Positions 54,601 through 64,000 of a stretch of DNA of 64,000 bases are shown here, in pieces. The DNA is from Leucoraja ocellata. Taxonomy: Eukaryota. Made by a program: the position numbers and the translations under genes. The notes under the pieces were generated by a model. The model was given only the letters and a program-made list of their open reading frames with translations, did no database searches and had not been told where the DNA came from. The DNA is taken from the NCBI GenBank assembly GCA_036785375.1, contig JAWMAR010000061.1, forward strand, positions 8,866,001-8,930,000, in the 5' to 3' direction. The number at the start of each line of letters is the position of its first letter. Position 1 is the stretch's first letter.

Positions 54601-57600
54601 TGGACTAGTTCATCCAAAAATCTCATTGCATTAGTAATGTGACAACATGAAACATGAATTGACACCAAATGGGAAGGAAAGGCAGGCAGATTGAATCTGA
54701 ATAGTAAAGGTAATAGCTAGGTAATGGAAAACAGAATGGTTGGAGCAGGTTTTTGAAAGCAGGGCAGAGTTGAGACTATATATAACTATATCATGACGAG
54801 TCCTTGAACTCACAATAATCATGTCAAGTTTCTGCAGGATGTTAAAGAGTTAATAAACAACATAACTGGGTTCAGCTGAAGCCAAAATGTGTTCTAGGAA
54901 TCCGCAGCCAATCTGGCAGAGCATGGTTCAAAGTTAAGGCATAATTCCAAATTCCTTTTATTGAAAACTGACATTGTAAAGAAAATGGCAGAGGTTACCA
55001 ATCTACTCTGAACAAACGGTACTCAGCTGTGTCACCTAGCTCAGAATATTACACCAACAACTTTCACTTATAAGGTGCAAAAATGTGCTATGTAGAATTA
55101 TCAACATAGCTAAATGATGAGATGTCAGCAGATGACCAAAGGCTTAGTCAAAGAAATAGACATTTAGGAAAAGAATGCAAAGAAATAAAAAGGTTTCAAG
55201 AAATAAAAAGTTTCCAGAATTTGGATGTTGGCAGCTAAGGAACTGACCACAAATATTTAAAGCTGGAATTGAAAGAAAGAATACAGAAATTAAAGCAACG
55301 CAGAGATCTCTGAGAGTCATGATGTTGTAAGGAGCTTACAGAGGGAGGGAAAGGTAAGAACATGGAGCGCCTTGAAAACAAGAAAGAGAATTTTGAAATA
55401 GTAAACATAAATGAATTTGTTAAATTAAATTGTGCTCATCCTCAGTGGAATGCAGGATCTATATATATATAGATAGATTCAAATTTATTTCTACAGGTTA
55501 TCTGTTTGTACAGGAAAATGCTGCTATGCTCTGATGTCATGCAGATGTAATGCGGCATGAAGGGAGATATACCTCTCAATGAAGCCTGTTTCTTCAACAA
55601 ATCACATAATTATATGACATATGTTATCGATACAAGTATTAATCTCCTGGAATATATTGGCAAGGCTGCTGTCTCCAGAGATAAATATAGTGGAACTCCA
55701 AATGCCAAATGATTCACTCCCAATTTGGCATCATCATGACTCCAGTAGCACAAGAAATATCACACTTGACTTTGTATAGTTCTGTCAAACACACACTATG
55801 TTACATTTATACTCAAGTTTTGTAGAATCGAAAGACTGGGCCCTTTTTTTGCTTCAAAGATCAGGTATAACAAATTGCTCTATCCCAATCAGCAGCAACT
55901 AATGAAGAACTGCTGGAAATTCTTATCCTGCCAAGCAGAGAATCCACACATACACAGCTTCAACCAAAAAGTGAATTTGAGAAAATAAAATAAAACTAAA
56001 ACAAATATAAAAGTTCCAACCTCGCTGTCCAGGATTATGCCCCAGAACACTAATGCCAAATTCATGGGATACGAGTCATTTTAATTGCATTGTACAACTC
56101 ATCAAAGGTAAATCAAAAGCTTCAAAAGTGCTTGAAAATTACAAGATGAAATGTGCAATTGTCATGAGATTTAGGGCAACGTTTCAAGTATGTGAGGATA
56201 ATTTAAACTTGAGGCCCAATGTTCCTTTCCTTACCCATCTGTTTTTTCAAAAGCCTCTGTAACACATGGACTGGGATCAAGTCTAAGAAATTGAATTTAT
56301 GAAAACGTCTAATTTTTAATCTGTTCTTTGTAAAGCAAATATTTATTTTTAAGTTGAAGGAAAAAGAATAAGAACGTTTCTTGGTGAATAATTTTTGTGA
56401 AAGATGAATGGCAATGAGGAGTAATTGTTGTCCATTAGTTACTATTCCTATGAGAGAGATATCACAATTATGTAGAAAAAAAGGGAACAAAAGTGGAGGG
56501 TATGTGGAATTCTTGAGATACACATCCCAGACACGGCCTGAAATGTGGGTGCTCCATTAAAGTCAAACTTGGGAGTAATAAATGCTAAGAGCATATTCTA
56601 TAACAGCAGATTGTTTGCATGATTGCTTCACTGTAGAAAAAACAATCTCAATTTCACCACTATCCTTGTGCTATGGCCTTTTATTTGGTCATATTTTTCT
56701 TTTCTTTTTGATGTTAATAATCCTACAGTCAGTTCTTTGAATTTTCATTTATTGGTCTTCCTAAGCTCCTACCCAACCTTCCATGCAGGTATACTCACAA
56801 TGAATAAACTTAGAGCCATGGGCATGCTGCCTGTAAACAGGTCCTTCGGCCCTTCAAGCCCATGCCAACCACAATGCCCCAGCTACACAGTACCACCTGC
56901 CCATATTCCACTATATCTTTCCTATCCAGATACCTGTCCAACTTATCTTTTAATGTGATAACAAGGAACTGTAGATGTGTTATACCAAAGATAGACACAA
57001 ACTGCTGGAATAATTCAGTAGCATTGTATTGTATTGTATTGTATTGTATTGTATTGTATTCAAATTTATTGTCATTGCCTCAATTTGAGACAACGAAATT
57101 GAGACAACTTTGAAACTTCGACTTCAACTTCAACTTCAACTTCGAAATTGAGAAATTGAGACAACAATTTGAGACAACGATGAGCATCTCCGGAGAATGC
57201 TGCCTGACCCACTGAGTTACTCCAGCATTTTGTGTCCAATTAATTGTTTATTTTTCTTCCTCATTTCACCCAGACTTCATAACTATATAATTACTCAGCA
57301 TCACCACCTCACCTGCCCCACAAAGTCATCTTATTTACTAGAATTCACACAGTGTTAAAAGCAACACATGGCATTAATTATGTCCAGGGTCTTACCTCCC
57401 CAGAGGAGCATGGGTGAGCTCAACAGATTTCAAACTAGGATGGAGTGTGACATAATTAATTCAGAAACAATGGTTCTGAACTTAAAAAAAGGGTAACTTT
57501 GAGGGTATGAGATGTGAATTGGCCAAGATAGACTGGCAATTGATTCTTAAAGGGTTGACGGTGGATATGCAACGGAAGGTGAAGCAGTGAAACTGAACCT

Positions 57601-60600
57601 ATCCAACTCTTCACCCTAAGACCACCCAACTGATGTTTCCAAGGGGGATCATTTGACCATGAACAGGTTGAGAATACTTATTTGTGTTTTTCACTCTTTC
57701 AGTGACGTGATGAGAGTAACCTTCACACTCCAGCTGCTGCCAAAACTGAAATAATTTAATCCAACACGTTGGAAACAGGAGCACATGGCAGCCCCATGGC
57801 TTCACCCTCACCGCCTTTCTTACACATTTACATTTTGTCATCCAGTTCTCTGGTCCCTGCTTACACTGCATTATAAAAATATTTTTACTCAGTCTAGAAT
57901 ATATTCTGTCTTCAAATATCTCTAATGGAGAGAATTCCAATGATTCACAATGTGGGCAGACAATATTTTCCCATTAAGCCCCTGGGTATCGAATTTCCAA
58001 CCAAAGGAAAAAGTCTCTCAGCATCTGCCCTGTCAAATCGTTTCATGTCCAAATCTTCTACTCCTAAGTCCTAAGAATATTACCCCAATCTGTGCAACCC
58101 TTCCTCACAGGATTGGTCTCTCAACCAGTTCTATGTGGAAACTTTTCTGGTCAGTTTCAGTGCATCCTAAGTGGTAAATTTAGCACTGAGTCGCAGCGGA
58201 TTTCATGAAGTGCTCTTTGATTGTTGTGTCTGCAGGTATTAAGCACCATGACTCCGGCCAACAGCCTCAGTTCAGTGTTGGGGAAGAAAAGGCTGGTGAT
58301 TGAAGTGATGCTTTACTCCCTGAACGACGAATAAAGAATGAGAGAGCAGGAGACAGAGAGGAACCGTTTTAAATGTGCTGGTATTCCTGAAAAGATATAG
58401 TTGGAAATTCCAATGAAGATTTAACCCTGCTTGGAGCACTATTAATTATAACATTGATAAGTCCCTCTCTCAATTGCAATGTTACAGTAAAAGCAACATC
58501 TCCTGCAATGGGCAGAGTTGTCTGCTGCTCCCATGTAACCCCCTTCCACAGGTCTCTGAACATCTTCACAGACATACCAGGGGATTTGACCTCCCACTTG
58601 ACCACTTTCAGACTTTCTGCCCCCTCTACTGCCATTCCAGTTGCCCCTGTACTCCTACTCGTCTGCTCCCAGGTAAACTAAATAATTAGTCAAAATGAGC
58701 CCCAAGCCTAAATTGTGCCATCAGCAAAGATTCCAAAAGATGCAAGAAACATTCTTCCCCATTATCAAGAATGAAACAATATTCAAGGTTTTAAACTTTT
58801 GAAACACTTGGACAGGTCCTCAAGCCCCATGTTCTGGGTCAAGAATACAAGAATACCGTATGTGAACCCAACGTCAGGTGCAGACTATCATGCTGAAGTA
58901 GATCATCAGGAGAACAATCCACAGTTAGTTCTTATAGAAACATAGAAATTAGGTGCAGGAGTAGGCCATTCAGCCCTTCGAGCCTGCACCGCCATTCAAT
59001 ATGATCATGGCTGATCATCCAACTCAGTATCCCGTACCTGCCTTCTCTCCATACCCCCTGATCCCCTTAGCCACAAGGGCCACATCTAACTCCCTCTTAA
59101 ATATAGCCAATGAACTGGCCTCAACTACCCTCTGTGGCAGAGAGTTACAGAGATTCACCACTCTCTGTGTGGAAAAAGTTCTTCTCATCTCGGTTTCAAA
59201 GGATTTCCCCCTTATCCTTAAGCTGTGACCCCTTGTCCTGGACTTCCCCAACATCGGGAACAATCTTCCTGCATCTAGCCTGTCCAACCCCTTAAGAATT
59301 TTGTAAGTTTCTATAAGATCCCCTCTCAATCTCCTAAATTCTAGAGAGTATAAACCAAGTCTATCCAGTCTTTCTTCATAAGACAGTCCTGACATCCCAG
59401 GAATCAGTCTGGTGAACCTTCTCTGCACTCCCTCTATGGCAATAATGTCCTTCCTCAGATTTGGAGACCAAAACTGTACGCAATACTCCAGGTGTGGTCT
59501 CACCAAGACCCTGTACAACTGCAGTAGAACCTCCCTGCTCCTATACTCAAATCCTTATGTTCTTGGAGATATCATTATTGTGTTGACCCAAGAAGCAGGG
59601 TGATTGCTGAGAAGATGTAAAGTGCCAGTAGAGTTAAGTGTGCACCTGATAGTTCAGAGCTCAATCTAGATTGTGATTATGGAAACACAAGGAACTGCAA
59701 ATGTTGGAATCAATATTAAAACACAAAGTGCTGGAGTAACTGAGTGGGTCAGGCAGTATCTGCGGGGGCTATGGATAGGAACCATTTTGGGTCGAGAGCC
59801 TTCTTCAGATGATTGTTATGGTTAGGAGGGAAGACATTACAAGGATACAGAGAGAAGGAACTGCAGATGCTGGTTTATCAAGGAAAGACACAAAATGCTG
59901 GAGTGATTAAGTGGGTCAGGTGGCATCTCTGGAGAACATGGATAGGTGACATTCCAAATCAGGACCCTTCTTCAGAATATACAGCACACAGGCATCAAGC
60001 CCAGTTTGTAAAGGTAATGTGAGTGTTCCAGACTCACAGCAAGGGGCCAAAATAAGTATGATATTTTACATTCATCCAGTGGAGAATGAGCACATGCACG
60101 TCACGCTGAATACTACGGTGCTTGATTGCTTTCAATTTAAAATCAGGTGCTGCACTATCTAATTTTTTGGGCATCAATGCTCCAGGTGATGTTTGTTTCT
60201 CTGCTGCAGATGCATTCCAATTGAATACATGTTGCTATTTAATATCATTCATTGATTAGATTTAGGAAATATCCAGCCTGAAGAAGGGTCTCAACTTGAA
60301 ACGTCACCCATTCCTTCTCTCCAGAGGTGCTGCCTGCCCCGCTGAGTTACACCAGCACTTTGTGTCTATAACTGGGACAAAAAAAGCTGTCTATCTTCGG
60401 TGTAAAATAGCATCTGCAGTTCCTTCTTACACATCCAGTCTGTGAATTTATGGTTTTAGAATTAAAACATAATTTATGCCAAACAATATATAAAGATTAG
60501 ATTATAGTTTTTAGATTTTGTGATTTTCAGTTAGAATGGTAAATAAAATGTACCATTTGCCTTGGCCAGCAGCCCATGAATTTCTCTGAAGGTCGTCTCC

Positions 60601-62397
60601 ATTGCAGTTATTATTTCTATAGTGGGAGCCAACATGTTGGCTAACATTCTACTTAATATGGAACTGAATCCATAAAAAAATTAAGAGTTTGAAGACTGCA
60701 CAGTTGATCCATTACAACATCTACACATGCGGTAGCAAATCTATTTACGTACAGTTACCCTAGCGATATTAAACATTACAGTTAACTACAACAATCATGA
60801 GAGATTTGGGCTGTGCATGCATGTTAAATCAGATCTATTTATGGAAATAAAGTTTGGCAGAGAAATCAGGCTCCTGTAACATATGTAATAAGCTGCTTTA
60901 CCCATGCCCCAACAATAGACCATTTTTAGACATAACTTCAAATCTAACTCAGGGATAACATCAAGAGACTGGTTTGAAAGTGCACAAGAAAGGTTTGCAA
61001 TTCTGTACTTTCTCACTTGAACATTTTTTTGATAACTTTTTACACATTCTCTGATTTTGGACCATGCTTTGATTGATGAGTCAGAGCTATCCACATATTT
61101 TGTGATTCACAGGTTCACATCAACCAGAGGGAATGAACATCCTGAATCATTCCCAAGCACACCACGCCCAGCTTCACCGCTCAGTTCTTCTTGAAATGAT
61201 TTCTCCATGTCTGTTTCTGATAGTTCTGCTACTTAAATACGAATTATACAACTATAATATAGACGATCTTTCTCACTTGAACAAGGATGGCCAAAAGGGC
61301 AAGGCTACAGTTCCACTTGTACAAATCAAACAAATTCAAATCTCACTATAGACACAAAAAGCTGGAGTAACTCAGGACAGGCAGGCATTTCTGGAGAGAA
61401 GGAATCGGTGATGTTTCGGATCGGGACCCTCCTTCAGACCCGAAACCTCATCCATTCTCTCCTTAGTTACTCCAGCATTTTGTAACTGTCCTCGGTGTGT
61501 AATCCAGCATCTGCAGTTCCTTCCTACTTAAATCTCACCGTATTCCCTTTACAATTGAATCTCATTATCACACTCTCAACCAAAGCTCTGCTCTGTGATC
61601 TTTGCTCTCAACCAGTTAGATACAGTATTGTGATGAATGGTTCAAATCTTCCCTGCTTGTACGGACTTTCCTGCTGTGATATATCCGGTAGATACGAATA
61701 TAAAACTCTGCGATAAAAGTATGTGCTGTGATCATCGGTGGGTTTGTTTCGTAAACACAGAACGTGAACATGTAATAGGAGAAAAACAAATCATACATAA
61801 TTGTAAACCCCCCACCCCGGCAAGGTATACCTCCTCACTTTCCGCTCTCATTCCGCGGACCTGTGTACTGTGCTCGACGATACTTTAAAGCAATTGATTT
61901 AATTGCTTGGGGATTAAAATGACTTACGAATTTATTTTACAAATAACTATTCGACTCGATCCTGGATATTACCCCTTAAAAAGAGGTGGAATCCGTCAGC
62001 ACTTCTATCGGGTGTTACATGAGAGTTGTTGCTTGGAATTGTTAACGTTGCACCAGAACTCCCGGTGGAAAGAGTAAATAAACACCACAAATAACATATT
62101 TTACTGCACTGATCTTAACAAGTGGAATCTGGTTAACAGGCTCGTAGTCAGAAACCTCTTACTGAAATGCCAGAGCTGTAGCATGCGCTCAACTTCCCGA
62201 CAGCTAGCTAACGACTGATCCAATCTCAGATTCGCTTTAAGCGAAAGTTAGCGTACTGGAGGAAAAAGTGAAACAGTTGAAGTGTTGAAATAAGATCACT
62301 CACCACCAGAAGCTGATGCAATATCAGCAAGGAAGATGTATAAAAGATGTAACAGTGAAGGGGTAGCCAGCAAGACGGATCTCTTCCTAGGAGCCAT
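4818..62397 (-). CDS. cspg4: Chondroitin sulfate proteoglycan 4 (NG2)-like gene, 10 coding exons: complement(join(4818..6661,8618..8801,12170..12342,13351..13485,14803..15001,21068..21244,22075..22536,34189..37734,42490..42653,62304..62397)), 2325 aa
   Basis: All introns GT-AG with compatible phases. Exon lengths 94/164/3546/462/177/199/135/173/184/1844 sum to 6978 nt (2326 codons). Sizes 164, 177, 199, 135 and 184 match recalled human CSPG4 exons. Tail KRHKMGKHNVQAPPPKPRN..ETFRK resembles human RKRNKTGKHDVQVLTAKPRN..ETFRK. Ortholog versus paralog is unresolved. Confidence 0.93.
8478..8600 (+). repeat. G-rich hexamer microsatellite (GGGGCT/GGGGAT/GGGGGA)n
   Basis: Directly visible; begins ~17 nt into intron 9. 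Confidence 0.9.
8618..8801 (-). CDS. cspg4: cspg4 exon 9 (LEAANIFYQHDWPKEPLWKSQDSFQFTVSS...SQLWRNKG)
   Basis: cccatag|CTG ... AAAG|GTAGGC; 184 nt; similar to human VYAGNILYEHEMPPEPFWEAHD...LWKNKG. Translated by hand. Confidence 0.92.
9373..9710 (-). mobile_element. CR1-like LINE 3' fragment
   Basis: gtacagcacggaaacagg...ggcccatatccct...ctatctattcccctcatgatttta, reverse of the CR1 ORF2 end. Confidence 0.7.
12170..12342 (-). CDS. cspg4: cspg4 exon 8
   Basis: ccaccag|GG ... GAC|GTGAGT; 173 nt; ILYTVVTPPALGQL...SFTEED. Confidence 0.92.
12417..13180. repeat. 36-bp minisatellite, ~21 copies (ccattcactgtgtctgcactccccaagccactcaca)
   Basis: Directly visible; 12-aa periodicity in overlapping ORFs; fills most of intron 7. 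Confidence 0.97.
13351..13485 (-). CDS. cspg4: cspg4 exon 7 (GSTSSGGFHFQVSDGINHTPSHIFKVRARSLNIQIKTEEPLVIYPG)
   Basis: ctcacag|GG ... CCAG|GTAAGG; 135 nt, phase 1-1; GGFHFQVSDG motif. Translated by hand, this frame is not in the ORF track. Confidence 0.92.
13497..13532 (+). repeat. Poly-G run
   Basis: ~36 nt G tract with two A interruptions, 11 nt from the exon 7 boundary. Confidence 0.95.
13605..14320. mobile_element. Two CR1-like LINE 3' fragments joined back-to-back (minus 13605-13888, plus 13889-14320)
   Basis: Plus part encodes ERLIRLGLYSLECRRVRGDLIEVYKIMRGIDRV and ends in ctctatgactctatgact; minus part starts with the reversed tail. Confidence 0.8.
14803..15001 (-). CDS. cspg4: cspg4 exon 6
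   Basis: tcctag|ATG ... CACG|GTAAGG; 199 nt; QDLDSPADELVY, FSQAAINAGQVIFVH. Confidence 0.94.
15500..15710 (-). mobile_element. Degraded Penelope-like element 3' fragment
   Basis: tcaatgttcacaccgttgggttataagct...aatatgaagtg resembles 38590-38680. Confidence 0.6.
16678..17286 (+). mobile_element. 5'-truncated Tx1/L1-clade LINE: ORF2 C-terminus, 3' UTR, AATAAA, poly(A), 16-bp TSD
   Basis: Open frame 16679-16921 IYGLFPGTHSETDIECCWRVINSVKDALWSAR...LQEYVLRD...KARWG; poly(A) 17276-17288; TSD aacaatgattaatagc at 16662-16677 and 17287-17302. Confidence 0.88.
17355..17800 (+). mobile_element. Degraded CR1-like LINE ORF2 3' fragment
   Basis: aggaaggatgtcattaaagtggaaaga, gactttatagaggtattcaaaat, tttaaggtgagaaggg motifs. 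Confidence 0.7.
18460..18905. repeat. 22-bp minisatellite (ccccctgctggtcacagctctg), ~18 copies
   Basis: Directly visible; frame-cycling peptide repeats in the ORF track. Confidence 0.95.
19046..19712. repeat. Compound minisatellite of 18-bp (cccatctgctccctgtgc) and 24-bp (plus cagttc) units
   Basis: Directly visible; 6-aa and 8-aa periodicity in ORFs. Confidence 0.95.
19995..20368. mobile_element. Cluster of Penelope-tail-derived repeats including a palindrome centred near 20236
   Basis: gagacccttcttcagactaaggaagggtcttgacccgaaa centre; arms match 1018-1252. Confidence 0.75.
21068..21244 (-). CDS. cspg4: cspg4 exon 5
   Basis: tttcag|GTC ... AAG|GTAAGT; 177 nt; YFHDDSETLMDNF, PVNDQRP. Confidence 0.94.
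22075..22536 (-). CDS. cspg4: cspg4 exon 4 (CSPG repeats)
   Basis: acag|GTC ... GAG|GTAAGG; 462 nt; SFSQEDINAGNVQY, GPEHGRI motifs. Confidence 0.94.
23185..23655 (-). mobile_element. CR1 (HER1-like) LINE 3' fragment
   Basis: ORF MLPGMSGLIYDERLMALGLYSLEFRRMRGYLIETYRI; characteristic 3' tail. Confidence 0.88.
26535..27460 (-). mobile_element. Degraded CR1-like LINE with nested Penelope-tail repeat (~26885-27050)
   Basis: LEYCVQF, LPGLVGISYKERL, RGHRFKV peptides interrupted by the short repeat. Confidence 0.75.
27925..28620. repeat. Imperfect C-rich minisatellite (caccccttgtcacc core, variable unit length)
   Basis: Directly visible; G-rich on the minus strand. Confidence 0.93.
28780..29310 (+). 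mobile_element. Penelope-like element 3' fragment (GIY-YIG endonuclease and 3' tail)
   Basis: SSNPIYCIRCSRCQILYIGETKCRLGDRFAQH; followed by tail ctgaagaagggtctcgacctgaaacgtc. Confidence 0.9.
29955..30420 (+). mobile_element. Rex1/Babar-like LINE fragment with internal 34-bp tandem repeat and nested CR1 tail (~30238-30328)
   Basis: Homologous to 51549-51770 (VNTAQ, LKKAASIIRD, RYRSLK). Confidence 0.75.
31484..33552. repeat. 45-bp minisatellite, ~46 copies (aacgtgaatcagggcagcctgcaagatgaggctatctattcactc)
   Basis: Directly visible; 15-aa periodic ORF; no indels. Confidence 0.98.
33750..34005 (-). mobile_element. CR1 (HER1-like) LINE 3' tail
   Basis: Highly similar to 23200-23450. Confidence 0.8.
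34189..37734 (-). CDS. cspg4: cspg4 exon 3 (3546 nt; LamG1/LamG2 and first CSPG repeats)
   Basis: Covered by the 1201-aa ORF; acceptor tttcag|GTG, donor CTC|GTAAGT; LamG motifs (DGKWHSV, LFIGG, SFIGCI) and CSPG-repeat motifs (YYHDGSE, FTQEDL, YEHDDTET, PINDQPP). Confidence 0.96.
38372..39660 (-). mobile_element. Penelope-like retroelement, 5'-truncated (RT C-terminus, GIY-YIG endonuclease, 3' tail)
   Basis: RT YMDN motif, LPFLDLTI, YKPTDSHGYLDYTSSHP, SIPYSQFL; SSNLIYSIRCSQCQLLYIGETKRRL; frameshift near 38710. Confidence 0.93.
42490..42653 (-). CDS. cspg4: cspg4 exon 2 (start of LamG1, SFFGDGYVEV...ELHAGEIQ)
   Basis: Acceptor ttgcag|TG, donor CAG|GTAGGG; 164 nt; similar to human ASFFGENHLEV...LYSGRLQ. 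Confidence 0.93.
44280..45020 (+). mobile_element. Two tandem degraded CR1-like LINE fragments
   Basis: MLQLYKILMRPYVAYFVEFWS peptide; gggcatagttttaaggtg motif; 3' tail. Confidence 0.75.
48035..48190 (-). mobile_element. CR1 (HER1-like) 3' tail
   Basis: catagaaacatagaaaataggtgcaggaggaggccattc. Confidence 0.75.
51549..51770 (+). mobile_element. Rex1/Babar-like LINE ORF C-terminal fragment
   Basis: VNTAQTIM...KKAANIIRDPHNSGHALLSLLPSERRYRSLKTERFRSSFFPTTIRL. Confidence 0.8.
57023..57180. repeat. Compound microsatellite (ATTGT)n and (AACTTC)n with repeated aatttgagacaac, inside a Penelope-tail repeat (56960-57240)
   Basis: Directly visible. Confidence 0.85.
58934..59555 (-). mobile_element. Young 5'-truncated CR1 (HER1-like) LINE
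   Basis: Uninterrupted 164-aa ORF2 end YRVLVRPHLEYCVQFWSP...LGLYSLEFRRLRGDLIETYKIL, 3' UTR and (TTTCTATG)-type tail. Confidence 0.93.
59683..60435. mobile_element. Three Penelope-tail-derived repeats (minus 59683-59808, minus 59855-59975, plus 60278-60435)
   Basis: Same ~130-bp family, each terminating at the CTGAAGA motif. Confidence 0.75.
61349..61527. mobile_element. Palindromic Penelope-tail-derived repeat (partly deleted)
   Basis: tagacacaaaaagctggagtaact ... agttactccagcatttt inverted arms. Confidence 0.7.
62304..62397 (-). CDS. cspg4: cspg4 exon 1 (signal peptide MAPRKRSVLLATPSLLHLLYIFLADIASASG)
   Basis: ATG at 62397; basic n-region, hydrophobic h-region, ASASG cleavage-like end; donor G|GTGAGT in phase 1 joins exon 2 to give ASG-V-SFFGDG. 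Not in the ORF track. Confidence 0.82.
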
Positions 62398-62720
62398 TTG
62401 ACTCTCATGCACTTTCCAAATGCCTTCGAAAGGATTTTTTTTCAGTAGTGTGTGTGCATGTGTGGTGGGAGTGACTAGCCCACTGTTCCAGAGGCCAACC
62501 CTCTCACACAGAGACGCTCACACATTACAATCCCAGGATATTTTAAAACACGATATATCTAATGGGGCTCAACACAGCTCCATTCATAAAGTGATGAGTC
62601 AATCCAACCGTTCTCTGTGCGGCTTCACTTGAGGTTTAAAGTATGCGGAGATAAACTCCCGGACCACGGTGTTCTGGGTGGAGTCACTGCCCGAGTCGCC
62701 CATAATGTTTACTTTGGTGG
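62398..62720 (-). promoter_or_regulatory. Putative cspg4 5' UTR and proximal promoter, AP-1 consensus TGAGTCA at 62595-62601
   Basis: Repeat-free sequence upstream of exon 1, visibly more CpGs than the flanking intron; TSS not determinable. Confidence 0.4.
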
Positions 62721-64000
62721 GAATCCCACTTTTGATGTGATTGCCCCCAAAATCCACATTTTCCACTTTGAATTAAGCTTTATGATGCAGAATGACTAAA
62801 GTACTGTATCATTGAAGGTTGAACTGAAATGAGCCAAATAACACATTTTCTGCATTTCCTTCTTGTTCCCCTGCTGCATGGACAGAGTGAGCCAATTGAC
62901 AGCTCTATTACAGAAGTCACCCATCATCCACATGTGCCTTTCCTGGCAGGATTGGAGCATCCATGACTGATGATGCAATGTCCAGCATGTTATCCTGTTA
63001 CAATTATTTACATTGATGCATTCGAAGTAAATCAAATAATTATTTTTTGCTTCATCAGAGCTGAGAGTCACCACCATTTGGATGAGTGTGGATCAAGCAA
63101 AGCTTGACTTTTTCAAGGCAGATTAGACTAGTTATATAATTGATCAATGGTTTTGCTATTGGTCTCAAGTTTTCACCTCAACCACTGATATGATAAGGAT
63201 ACAATCTGTACTGTAGTAACTCATTTTGGTTACTTTGACAGATTTCACCTGCAATATTTTGGGAATCGATGATGAGCTACACAGCACCTCTGGCAGCTCG
63301 TTACATATAACCGACAACTTTTGTGTGAAAAGATTGCCCTTCAAGTTCCTATTAAATCTTTCTCCCCTCACCTTACATCTATTGATCCTCCAGGTTAGGG
63401 AATCTGGAAGGGGGTGCATATTCTGGGGTAAATATTCAACATTCCAGAGAAGAGGAAGGAAGACATATTCCTCTCAGTGGTTCGTAAATCTTCGAATTCA
63501 CCAGAGAAAGCTATGGTTACTGTAGCTTCAACAGAGATGGATAGATTGTTTACTGTAAGGAATTTGCCTGCGGATGGAGCCCAATGTTTTTATCAGCCAT
63601 GGTTGTACTGAATAATGGAGCAGGCCGGAGGACTACCTAACCGACCTGCTTCTGTTTCTTTTGAAAGCACCATCATTCATGTCATCCACAGTTCAGACCC
63701 AGAGGTAACAGTTGGAAAAAGTTACTTTAATCTTTATATATTAGGGTGATAAGGGGTATGATATGGAAAGCACCAACTACTTTACACAAGAGGAGAGGAG
63801 AGAAAGTTGGGGGGGGCGGGGGGGGGGGGTGGTTGTAGAAAATAAATTATTAACCAGCTTGACTGCACATTGTATTAGGAGAAAAGGCACAAATAATGGT
63901 GAGGACTTACATGACACCGATGACAATTATTGTTGTAAAGTTCCTCATTGCATCTTTTGAAAGGAGTGGCATTAACACATGGATGTCAAGGTAACTCTGC

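Noticed and set aside
4818-62397. Calling the gene a pseudogene
   Set aside because: All ten exons have canonical splice sites and an open 2325-aa frame; lesions are confined to the last ~25 codons.

Overview
Vertebrate genomic DNA, most likely a cartilaginous fish (skate/ray-type repeats: HER1/CR1 LINE tails, HE1-like SINE, Penelope-derived repeats). The window holds one complete 10-exon CSPG4/NG2-family gene on the minus strand (ATG 62397 to stop 4818; spliced CDS 6978 nt, 2325 aa: signal peptide, 2 LamG domains, CSPG repeats, TM, cytoplasmic tail). All introns are GT-AG with consistent phases. Exons 1, 7 and 9 are missing from the ORF track and were reconstructed by hand. Most notable: the ORF is intact but seems to lack the canonical NG2 functional marks. 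The PDZ-binding 'YWV' end survives only as an out-of-frame fossil with an added stop (..NHY*V*), the main chondroitin-sulfate Ser-Gly aligns to Ala-Gly, the PKC Thr aligns to Met, and a furin-type RRKR appears in the ectodomain. Introns carry five minisatellites, a young Tx1-like LINE with a perfect 16-bp TSD, Penelope fragments, and many short Penelope-tail repeats with a hammerhead-like core, several fused as palindromes. Comparisons to human/rat CSPG4 are from memory and need an alignment. Repeat boundaries are approximate.
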